Origin: Raillietiella orientalis
Taxonomy: Eukaryota
DNA: 64,000 nucleotides
Direction: 5' to 3'
Assembly (NCBI GenBank): GCA_036172245.1
Contig: JAYWIR010000006.1
Coordinates: forward strand, 4,836,001 to 4,900,000
Shown here piece by piece: positions 1 through 9,868 of the stretch (positions within the stretch are counted from its first letter, which is position 1; every line of letters starts with the position of its first letter). The position numbers and the translations under genes were made by a program. The notes beneath the pieces were generated by a model. That model saw only the letters and a list, made by a program, of their open reading frames with translations. It did no database searches and had not been told where the DNA came from.

Positions 1-429
1 GGGGTCGGATTTCCTGCGGAAGACGGCGGGGGGGTGAAGAAGGTACAGCTGCCGCATCCGTTCGTGGACGCCCGCGGCAGCTGTGCGGTCGCTCCGCAGG
101 GTTCTCTCTGGGGGCTGCCGAGGAGGGGACGACCCACGACTACTTCCCCGACCCAGGCAAGGAGCGTACAAACAGGGCCGCGCTCTCTTTAGACCCAGGA
201 TGATGGCACGACCAGTTTCTTCCCGGAAGTGGTCGCACCAGATCGTCCCTGAAGAGGATGGGAGGTCCTTCCGCGCCCTCGGCTCCTCCCCCTGCCTCCC
301 AGAGCCGGGCGGCCTCGCTCCCTGGGAATTCCCCGCCTCCGGGCTTCTCCGCAGCCCGCTCCAGGGAGTCAGCGCTCCGCGAAGCACCAAGAGGTGGAGG
401 CGTTTCGCGTTCCCGGGTCTCCTGTGTGC

Positions 430-1900
430 GGGCCGAGGAGCCAAAGGGGAGCCAGCAGCGCTAGCTGCATGTCGGACCGAGACCGGAAGTCCCCCAGCTG
501 GGCGACGGCGATGGCGAGTGGGTGCCATTCGCTCCTTCGCCATCCTGGCGGGAGGTCCGGGCTCCACTGCCACTCCCCTGGAAGAGGGACCGCTCGCTGC
601 CGAGCATCGGAGAACCCGTCGTGCCCTCCGAAGGAAGGGCCCACGCGCGACGCTCCCGTTCCACAAAACGGGAAGACGAAGGGATCGACTGCAGCTTCCC
701 GAATTCCTTTCCACATGAATTTTCACGTGCCCCCCTCCCCGTTCCCGTGGCCGGCGCTCTGCGCGATGTTGCCCTCCCTGCCGCTCCTGGACCGCATCCC
801 GCTTGCCTTTGCACGATGGGAAATCCTTTCGGGTTCCTCTGTCCCCTCTGCTTTCCTTCCAGCTTTCTTTCTTTTGTTGGTGAGCCAGCTGCTGAGGAAC
901 CGTCCACCCCTTCGGGGATGAGGGGAGAGGGCACAACGGAGCTCTTTAACGCTGACTGCGCCGCCCCAGGGTGCCTGTGGTAACTTCAAGTTGTAGGAGC
1001 GTCCCAGGAAGGGACCACCCTATGAATCCAGGAAGTGCTCCGGAAGGAGGGCTCCTTGTTCCTCCCATGCTTGGAAGGAGCCCCAGAAGGGAACCACCTC
1101 TTCCTTACTTCCATTTTCACAGCCGGGAGGGGGCCGCTTCTTCTTCGAGCGGAACCCGAGAAGGATGCGCTCCTGGTTTTTTCCTCTGAAGTGGATCCCG
1201 AAGGGACATTCACCTGTCCTTCTGACCCTCTGGAGAGGCAGCTCCCGAGGGAATGTCTCAACCAGCTCCATGGCACGGCCCCATTTTCACAGTCAGAGGG
1301 AAACCTCGAAGAGCTCCTTGGTTACAGGAAGGACCCCGGAGGGTCGACTTCCAATCCCGAGGCCAGGTCAGCAGGGCCGTCCGGGGTCTTCCACCAGTGC
1401 TGCCGCACCCGAGGCCAACCGAGGTGCCGACCAGCGTATCGTCTTGCGGGGGAAGATCGAAACCCACGACACACCCTCCCTTGCTCGACATCGACTTCTT
1501 CCTGCCCCTCGGGGAGATTTGAAGCCGCGACTCCCGGTGCCCTTCCCGGCAGTTTCCTCGCGGCAGCCGCTTCCAGTCGCCGCGGCATGCTGTCCGGGAA
1601 CGGCCGGCTCCGTTGATTCCCAGCTGCCTCGCGCGGAAGATGGCGGAAGAGTCTCCCCGGGGGGTCTCGGACGAGGGAATTCGCGGGACTCTTATTCGGA
1701 GAGAGGATAAATCGCCTCGGGCGTTCGACCCTTCGCGAGATTTCGGACTGGGCTCGCATTCCATGGGGAGGAAGCCCCTGCACCCCATTTGGATGCTAGG
1801 TCGCGGTCCCGCTCCCCCCCTCTCCTTCGCTGGAAGAGTCTGGAAACGCCACCTCGCTCTCATGCTCCCGTCTTCGCGCTCCTATCGGCTACGTCTTCTG
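430..1900 (+). mobile_element. Degenerate Ty3/Gypsy-like pol remnant (RT ~430-980, RNase H ~1640-1900), interrupted by repeat M
   Basis: Frameshifted motif echoes in Gypsy order: 'GRRRWRVGAIR' (DGxWRxCxDYR), 'EDEG..STAASRIPFHMNF' (EDxxKTAFxTPFGxYEF), 'LLDRIPLAFARWEILSG' (LxxLPFxFxYLDDIL). After the M insertion: 'SDEGIRGTLIRREDKSPRAFDPSRDF..HSMGRKPLHPIWML..FAGRV' (RNase H DASxxGIGxxL..PxAFxSR..YSxxEKE..YLxGR). Heavily decayed, so the call is motif-level only. Confidence 0.4.
985..1560 (-). repeat. Repeat M copy 1 (tRNA-headed dispersed repeat, SINE-like)
   Basis: Colinear with 8785-9500(-) and 15900-16640(+). Shared blocks (M sense): gtcgtgggtttc, cctcggttggcctcgggtgcggcagcactggtggaag, gtcgaccctccggggtcc, gagctggttga..ccctcgggag, ggattcatag..ctcctacaacttgaag. 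Degenerate B-box-like ggagtcgcggcttcaaatc at its 5' end. Confidence 0.75.
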
Positions 1901-3169
1901 GAGACCGGAGAGTCCGCGGGAAGGAAGGGGGTGGAAGTAGGATTTTTTTTCCGGGATCGGGATTGATGGATCTGAGTTCAGTTCAAGGACGCTGCGCTCA
2001 TCGAGCGCACACGCGTCCCGGAGGGGTCTTCCCGGCGAGTGATTTCCAGAAAAATGCGTCTTTCACGAACAGAGGAAGACGCGGTCTGGTCGCCGGGACT
2101 CCCGGATTCCGGAGCCGAAGGCCATTAAAAAATATGCTAAAAAAAATCGGGATCAGTTTCCTGTTTTTCGAAATGGTCCGGCTGCCGGGAGGCGGACAAG
2201 GTTATCCTTGTGGCGTGCCCGCGCGCCCCTGAGATGAATGGCGCGCGTCCAAATCATCGATCGCGGGCGCTGGAACGAACAGGTGGATGCCGAGCCCTGC
2301 ACAGCCCATTTCCGCTAGCGGGCAATAAAAACGGCTCTTCAGGGATGCCGTGGCTCCCCTCCGCAGCATTCTCATGCCGGGGATAGCGCGCCGCCCACCG
2401 GGAACGCGGGTAACTACCTCCCTTCTCCCCTCCCAGTCGTGGAATGAGGCGCGTAGCCGGTCGCAGGAAGGCGTCGGTCCGCCTCTCTGCCCTCCTCCGA
2501 GGGACGGGGCAGGAAGGAACGCTCCACCGACCAAGGCGCGCCCTCGCCGGGCTGGGTGCAGCAGACAGCGCCAGGCAAACCTTTCCGGCCCCGCCGAGGC
2601 ACTGGCAGCACAAGGAAGCTGCGAGAGCAAAGAGTCTGGTCTGGCGGCTCGTTTCTCTAGCAACCTTCCCTCCGACCGGGGTCTTCTGCTGTTCGTCAGT
2701 AGGAAGGTGAGGAAAGCGGGAAGAGATGCCGCGCCGCGGTTCTCCCTTCCTCCCCTTCTCTTCCTCCTCCTCCTCCTCGCGTAGCCAAAGGAGGCACCCG
2801 AGTGCCCTTCTCCCTTTCTCCTCCTTGGAATGTGCTGCGCTCGCGATTCCCGTAGGATCCTTGAGCCTTCCCCTTTTCCCCTGGCTTTCAACCCTGCCTC
2901 GATCTGCCCCTCGGTGATGTTTTCTCAGCTGCTAGGAGGCGTCCGACCTCGCCGCAGGGAGGGATTTCGGGCGCGTTAAAGGTCCGGCGCAGCGGCCGCT
3001 TGAATCGAAGCGCTGATCTCAGGAGACACCCTCCGGGGCTGGCGCTGGTGCCGGCACCGCCCTCCTTGGAGCGCCCTCGCCACTCTCAGAGTCACCAGGG
3101 TGCTTGGCCGTGCGTTGCCTCTTTGAGGCACCACCTCCAGCTTCCTTACTCCCCGTTGCCCTTCATCCG

Positions 3170-3785
3170 TAGGGAGAACATAGGGAGGAGACAATAAATA
3201 AATGAATAAAGACGGAAGGGAGGGGTAGGAGGTATTTAATTAAAGACGTTCCTTCCTTTCCGAAAGTGGCGCTGGACAGTAGCAACCTCCCTGGCGACTA
3301 TTGTGGAAGATGAGGCCACCTTGCTACTGTCCTCATGAGGGCTCCCACTGCCATGCTGGTGGCCCCCCTTCCGCTGCGAACCGTGACTCGAACGCATGGC
3401 AGGCCGTCATCACGGTGCGGATGCAACATGTCGTTACGATCGCAGCACCCTTCTTCAGCCCGTCTTCCGTGAATAAGCGTCTCAGCAAGTCCAAAGCGAG
3501 GGGTCCTGCGGTCGACAGAGAGTGGAAGGGAGTCTCCGCCACAAGTCGTCCGGTGCACTGCAGTCCAACAGGAGGTGCGGGAGCGCTTCCATCGCTCCGC
3601 ACCTCAAACAGTTCTGGGAGGCGGTTCCCCCGGAAACCAGGCGTCCGCGCTGATTGAACCGGAATCCCCGGTGCAGCAACAGAAGGACATCCCTTTTCTA
3701 CCAGAGCAAGAAGATGGAGGTGTCCACACACAGGGCAGGGACCAGTAGTTCTTTTGGTGGTCACACCAAGCAGGTCACGAAGCGA
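3170..3785 (-). mobile_element. L1/Tx1-like non-LTR retrotransposon, copy A (ORF2 C-terminus with zf-RVT, partial 3' UTR)
   Basis: Minus-strand peptide 'LLLHRGFRFNQRGRLVSGGTASQNCLRCGAMEALPHLLLDC' (CCHC zf-RVT), then 'RTVARWPHL', which matches the C-termini of copies B-D. A T-rich 3' UTR tract follows at ~3190-3215. The structured terminus is missing. Confidence 0.8.
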
Positions 3786-4798
3786 GCCCGGAGATGAGGC
3801 AGCGACTGCCGCCCTCCTTCTAGAACAACCGCTCTCTGCAGGACGTCATCGTGCAGTCCACCACGTGTGCGTGGGCGCAAACAACCTCCCTAGCCGGGAC
3901 ACTTTCCTCCCTCAGGGAGCATTTGGGCAGCAGCCAGCCGGCCAAATAGGAAGTCTGTTGTGAAATCTCGGACCGAGGGAAGGAACTAGATGCCTGGACC
4001 AAGGGCCAGCTCAGGGACGCTGAGACTCCAAGTGCTCCACCGAAGGGGCTATTGTACTGGGGTGAGCTGCTGGGAATCCTACAGGAAGACCTTGAGTGGC
4101 CCTCAGGGCTAAAGAACAAGCGGGCCCTCCCCCTGAAGTGGCAGGAGTTGGCACTCTTGTTGTTGTAATGGAGTATCCCGTAAAACGCCCGCCGGTCTCG
4201 CTGTACCCGGGGGGCTGTGGATCCGAACTGTGTCAGGTGCTGGGATAGTTACAGATAGCTCACACACCTGCTCGTAGACTTCGTTGCCCTCCGGGCCCTG
4301 TGGCTGCGTTACTCAACGGCCCTTGGTGCACCGACGGACGATCCCAGGGACGTGGCCCTTCCGCCCTGGCACATTCCCAGCAGCTCTTTGCTGCCTACGC
4401 GGGATTGGAGCAGCCTGGAGCTAGGCGAGGGGAGGATGGCGCGTTAGGGACGCCATCTGCTTCGCCCTGCGCTTTCTGTGGACGGCAGCAAGATGGCCCA
4501 GTTGGGGCATACCCGGAAGGAACTTGCTGGCATCCTGGAAAGGATGCAGAGGACGCCCTCCAGCTCCCAGTGATCTCTTCCCTAACGCTCCCAATTTTTT
4601 TTCTGTTTATATTACTTCGTTTTATTTTAATTCCTGTTTGCCCCCGCCCCCTTCCTTCGCTGCCGAGGCGGACCTCGCCGGCCTGCGTGCCGGTCACTCG
4701 GCAGGTTCCGAGCCTTTTCGGACAATGTAGGGCCGATGGCCCTACACCTCTATGTTTATTATTTTTATAATAAACGTCCTGGCTTGACCGGGTGATAA
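3785..4798 (+). mobile_element. L1/Tx1-like non-LTR retrotransposon, copy B (5'-truncated; ORF2 C-terminus plus complete structured 3' end)
   Basis: Plus-strand degenerate peptide 'RSLQDVIVQSTTCAWAQTTSLAGTLSSLREHL..YWGELLGILQEDLEWPSG..LPLKWQELALLLL..VDPNCVRC..LTHLLVD' aligns with copy C. It is followed by a T-rich tract, the hairpin module at 4660-4792 and the terminus gaccgggtgataa. Confidence 0.85.
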
Positions 4799-5979
4799 AC
4801 CAAGCAGGCCACTCCACCGAAGGAGCCCTTCCGCCCAGAAACGAGGAGTGGCGGCTAGAGGAGGTTATTCTGGTACCTCTGAAACTTCCGGGAAGGACAA
4901 GATCGATTTCCAGTGGTCCCAATTTCTCGGAGGTGAGGTCACTTGCCAGCTAATGCACGCGAGTCGAACGGAAAGGGTCGGAATTTTTGCCCTCGACCGT
5001 CGATGAGTCCGCATCGTTTGCACGCATGCGCAAGAGCAAGTGCTTCGGTGCGAATCCTCCTTGCAGATTAACACGCCTACCAGACGAAAAAGAGCTCCTG
5101 GTCTCGGAAGGTCGGTAAGAAAGCAAACCGTGGAATGAAAGAAAAAAAAAATGTTTATGCATTCTTCCCGGATGGCTTGGAAGATCGTTTCGCCCAAAAT
5201 GAGCGTCTTGCGATGACCCTCAAAAAACCCCGCTGGCGGACATCTTGAAGCGCCTCTTCGGAGGTGCGGCGCCTCCTGTCGCACCGATCACGACTCTTTG
5301 ATACTGCACGGCACGGCGTGGCGCCGAGCGAGGTCAGCAAGGATGGAACGCCTGCCATTCTCATGACGACTTCCTCCTTACAGGAGACAGTGGAACGCCT
5401 CCCCTCTTGGTTAGACGGTTGCAGGAACTTGTCTCCGTCCTTCACCGGAGTCATGGATTCCTTGACAACCGTCAGTTGACTTCCACCGCCACCACTCGCA
5501 CTATCCCCCATCCTCACCCACTTAGATGATCACGTCTTGTTTATCCTCTCTGTTTATTCGGCTGCTGCCTTTTCCCCCTACTTCCCGATGCAGTCTCCCC
5601 CCCCCCCCATGCCCGTCGCCTGGCATCTCCTGTATTATACGGATTGAGGCATTCTGTGTTCGGGCTCCTCCGGGTGCGAGGGGCGAGGTGAGACGGTCGC
5701 CGCATCAGCCTGCGGTTCGCGTCGCATGGTAGCTGCCCCGTCGAGTGCTCCTCTCACGGAGTGGGGCAACACCACCTACTCGCAGACACCATCCTCTTTG
5801 GGGTCGAAGAAAAGAGCCGCGTCTGCGTCCTAATGAATGGCAGGAGACGAGGTGAACCTCCGCGTTGCTCCCCCTCGAAGCCAAGCGCTGCAGGTCTCCT
5901 GCTGCTGGTTCCGAAACGTGGAGACGAATTTCCTGGAGCATCTAAGCGCATCCAGAAATCAAGAGGGCAACTTTTTTCT

Positions 5980-6007
5980 AGAGAGAGAGAATGAGAGAGA
6001 GAGAGAT
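5980..6007. repeat. (GA)n microsatellite, interrupted
   Basis: agagagagagaatgagagagagagaga. Confidence 0.8.
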
Positions 6008-6449
6008 TCTTGCCAATGCCCCTGGCACTCGGATGTTGCTCTGATGTGTGTCGTCCAGTAGTTCAGGGACGCACGAGAGACGGAGGGACATTGAATTTCG
6101 CGGAATCACACGAAAGGGCGCCGATGGCGTCCACGGCGAGCACGGGGGGAGCGAGAAAGAAGCAAAAAAAAAAAACAAAAGGACTTCTCACAGTCCGAAA
6201 AAGCGGGACCGGAAGAGACCGACCTGCCCGTGACGTTGGTTCATCTTCATTTTGCGAAGGGTGGCCGGCGAGCTGCTCTTCGTGACAGCGTGGATGGGAC
6301 CATCCCGACGTAATCCTGAGGAATCGGACGCGGAGAGGGTGGCATAGGCACCTCCGCACAAAGTAGGGAGCGTTCCCACGTGGGAACGCGTAAAAGAGGT
6401 CTCACGATGCCCTGATAGTAACGCATTGCACTTACAGTTGAAGTAAGGG

Positions 6450-7330
6450 GCGAGGTTCTTTTCCCCTCACGAGGCTCGCCTGTCCAGAGGCGGCGGCATG
6501 CACTGCACGTCTTCTACAGCCATGAGGCTGCAGAAGACGTGCGGACTGCGGTTGACCGCCCCGGCATCCTCCACACCCTCCGCAAGGAATTCCCTTTTGA
6601 GGGCCTTCTGATAAAGCAGGGGACTCCTGCCCAGCCGGCTGACAACCGCCGCCCTTATCCCACAAGGAGGGCAGCAGCGGCGCGGCGGAGGGCGTGACGG
6701 TGGCTGAGTGCCGGTTCTTTGGATCCGCAGGTCATCTTTCGGGGCTGAGGGAGCGGGTCGCCAAGTCGGTGCCCGCGATGCACACGCTCGGCTGACCACC
6801 GCATCAGTCTGAACTTCCTCACTTGCCGACGAGTCAGCAGCTCGCACCACCGCTCCTCCATGCACTGCTCTCGGTGCGCCCTGGAGGCGTGGGGGAGCCC
6901 CGCGATGATGCAGGCGCCGAGGGCTGACCGGTGGACGATGGCGTTTGCGGCCTCGCACCGTTCGTCAGTCTTCTCGTCCTGGCACCCGACTTGGTAGACG
7001 GTGGCAACCACAGCCTCATTCTGCAGCGTCAGGATCCACTTGGAGACGGGGGATCGGCAGGCTCCCTCAGGGCAGCAGCCTGCCTCAGCGACGGCCTGAG
7101 AGCCGTCCTTCCCGGTGTGGCCGCGTGGCGGCACGAGCGGGTGACACCCTCGCGACCGGCCGCGTACCCCTCAGGACGTCCAGCGAGGGAGTCAGCGGCC
7201 CTCTGTGCCCAGAATTTGCGAGAATGGAAGTAGGGACGGGAGTGCTGGTCTCGGAGGCGAGACAGCGGGACAGGTGCGGAGCGCCTTCCAGAGCGGACCC
7301 GAAGAGGACTGTGAAGACGGATGGGAGCGA
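6450..7330 (-). mobile_element. Degenerate AP-endonuclease-like region of a non-LTR ORF2
   Basis: Minus-strand motif echoes in APE order: 'PHLSRCLASET' (PDIxCLQET), 'GKDGSQAVA' (GxRGVA), 'LTLQNEAVVATVYQ' (xxVY), 'GACIIAG' (IIxGDFN), 'ALSHRHAL' (SDH). Catalytic residues are partly lost. Confidence 0.45.
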
Positions 7331-7499
7331 AGCAGTCGTACCTCCGGAAGCTCTGGAAGGCCAGAGCGGCTCCTGAGAGGCGGGAAGAGGCAGCAGCGCT
7401 GTCGCGGCTGGCGGGGGGGGGGGGAAGGGGGGGGCGAAAAAAGGAGTGCGCACACGCGCACACGCCTGCAGGGGATACGGGCACTAAAGGGCCGATGCG

Positions 7500-8720
7500 G
7501 AACTCTCTCAATCCCCTGATCCATCGGAGCGGGAGACCCCTGGCTTCGGTGTTCTCGGGAGACGCGCGACCGAGGGCTCCCCTCCTCCATTGGGGAACAG
7601 ACGGCTGCGCGCGGGGCGGAGGTCTCCGTACGGACGCGCTGGGATCGCTCTCTCTCGTGTGCGCCTCTCCCAGGGGGTCGTCTACTGCATGAATAAGCAA
7701 TGGCGCCTCGAGAGGCGAAGACGGGTCTGTTTCCAAATTGGACTGACTTCCCGAGCTGCTGAGTCCCCTCGCACCGACAGGCAGATCCGTCCCCCCTTGC
7801 AAATGAAGGGAGGGGAGTAAGGTGCCATGAGAGATGCCGCCGAGGAAGGGAATCTTCCACGGGACCGGGAGCTGCTCCCCTTCTCAGATCCCCTCTCCCC
7901 CCCCCGCCAGCGATACATCAAAGGGAGGCGGTGCGGAGGTGACTACGGGAAGCAGCGGAAGGGAACAATCAGCGTGCCACGCAGCGCGGCTTCCCATCGG
8001 ACGCCCATCGCGAGGAAGGGGAAGGAGAGGAGGAGGGGAAGAGCGTGTTGTTGCATAGCGATGAGGGGAACACGACCCTTCCACCACGAGCGCCCTGGAG
8101 GTGTTGCCGGCAGCGGCGAGGAGCTCTGCGGCTCTGCGCTTCGGGAAAAAAAAACAGTCTCCCGGTCGTTCCCAAATTTCTCCCCTCCTTCTCTCTCAGG
8201 ATCTCTCACTGGCAGCAGAAGCAGCGCCTCTATACCTGGCGCATCGAGGAGCTCCAGAGCCAGAACGGGGACTCCCTTCCCTTCTTCCCTCTTCTCCCGC
8301 ACCTCCCTCACCGGAGAGGGAAATTCACTTCCGGCCTGCCTCATCGCGCCTAGGAGGCGCTTCGCCGCGGGGCGACCCATTGCGCCGGATGCTCTCGAAT
8401 GCCTCCCTGACATCTGTTTTTCCGTGGTGCCTAGGGACCCCGCTCGCACAGCCGCTCCGAGGGAGTGACTGCTGCCCAGCTCCGGAAGGTGGGAAAGGGA
8501 CTTCCAGGACGCTGGCCCCAGGCTGAGAATGCGTCCCGAGAGCACCTTGCGGTGTGCCGCAGAGCGCCTCCTCGTTAGCCCAGAGATGTGGAGGTGGAAC
8601 ACCTTCAACTGGCCTCTTCCCTGACCTTTTCTTCTGGAGTCTTCATTGACAGATCCCGTTGAGACCTCTCCTCCGTGTCTTCCGTTCCTCGGGGTGCCCT
8701 TTTCCACCAAGTGCTCAGGA
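7500..8720 (+). mobile_element. Degenerate Ty3/Gypsy-like pol remnant (protease-like plus RT)
   Basis: In order: 'PLIHRSG..S' (LIDSG), 'PPRAPWRCCRQRRGALRLCASGKKN' (SPWxSPxxxVxKxDGxLRLCxDYRKLN), 'LSQDL..HWQ', 'HFRPASSRLGGAS..RRML' (FxxMPFGLxNA..QR), 'FQDAGPRL', 'TFNWPLP' (IxNWPxP), 'LPFLGV' (LRxFLG). Multiple frameshifts. Confidence 0.5.
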
Positions 8721-8784
8721 ACCTCTCTGCTGGGGGCTCGTGAAGCTCTCTGACACTGTCCTTGTCACCGGGGGCTGCTCACGA

Positions 8785-9500
8785 CCCTTCAAGCTACAGG
8801 AGGTGACCCAGGGAGACGACCACCACTATATGAATCCATCTCTTCTCTGGAATCCGGGAAGGATTCCGTTCCTCCTACGCTTGGGAGGGAAACTCCGAAG
8901 GGAACCGCCTCTTCCTCGTTCCCTCCGGAGAGACCTTCGGAGGAAGCCGCTCCTCGTTTCTTTCCTGGACCACTCGAACTCGCAAGGGAACCGCTCCTTG
9001 TTTCCTCCTCCGAAGAGAACCCCGAAAGCACTCTTCCCAGTTTCTCTGCAGGGAGCAACGCGCCTCTTGACACTCTGAAGGGGCAACTCCCGAGGGGGTG
9101 TCAACCAGCCCCAGGGTACTCTATGGAGCTGGTTGACCGAGGATTGTGGATGAGGGGTGAGAAGCCTAGCAAAAGGTGTCTTCCGGACCCAGGACGCCCT
9201 TGCGTCCCCTAAGAGGGGGGATAAGGGGGGCGATGGCTTCATTTGCACAACCATTTGATTCCTGGAGGAACCCCGAAGGGTCGAACCCCAATCCCGAAAG
9301 CCAGCCAGTGGGGGTTTCCGGCTTCCAATAGTGGCCGCACCCTGAGCCAACCGAGGGGCCAAGCAGCTCCATCCCGCGAAGGGTGATAGAAACCCACGAC
9401 GCAGTTTCCATTCTCGGTGTCTACTCTTCCCTTTCCTCCCCGGGCAGGATTCGAACCCGTGGCGCCCGATGCACGTCCTCAGGCTACCGCCGCCGCAGGC
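8785..9500 (-). repeat. Repeat M copy 2 (tRNA-headed dispersed repeat)
   Basis: Colinear with copy 1 from the head (cgggttcgaatcctgc, a B-box/T-arm-like motif at ~9442-9457) to ctcctgtagcttgaag. Three ~42-bp internal subrepeats at ~8897-9027. Confidence 0.8.
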
Positions 9501-9529
9501 CTTCAAGGCAATACCGCAGCTCTTCTGGC

Positions 9530-9694
9530 ACTCCAGGGAGGTAGCTCCCGAGGGGAAGGATCGACCAGCTCCATGGTATCCGTTCTCACAGCCTGAGTGA
9601 AACTTCGAAGGGCTCCTTGGTTCCTGGAGGGACCCCAAAGAATCGACTCCCAATCGCGGCCGGTCGACTGCGGCGTCCGGCTTCCACCATTGCT
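9530..9694 (-). repeat. Repeat M copy 3, downstream part (continues from 13612-13790)
   Basis: Minus strand agcaatggtggaagccggacg..gggagtcgattctttggggtccctccaggaaccaaggagcccttcgaag..ccatggagctggtcga..ccctcgggag aligns with M copy 1 starting at 'agcactggtggaag'. Confidence 0.7.
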
Positions 9695-9868
9695 CGAACT
9701 TAAAGACTTCTGCGCTGGGGCGTGTTACTGAATATTCCGGAGGAAGACTGCAGTAGTTCCAGGTGCTCATGAAGACCCGCATCCTCTCCTCGGAGTGGCG
9801 GGAGTCGGCGTTGATGCTGCTACACTGGAGTCCCCCGTGCAACTCCCGCTGGCATGGACACGAGGGCG

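Noticed and set aside
4660..4735. HDV-like ribozyme in the 3' module (P1-like helix, P4-like hairpin followed by CAA)
   Set aside because: No P3/L3 with the UCC(U)CG-type loop or G1 wobble, and the CAA is not conserved in copy E.
9440..9515. Functional tRNA genes at B-box-like motifs (also ~13700-13785, ~15905-15930)
   Set aside because: No complete acceptor, D and anticodon stems can be drawn; treated as degenerate tRNA-like heads of repeat M.
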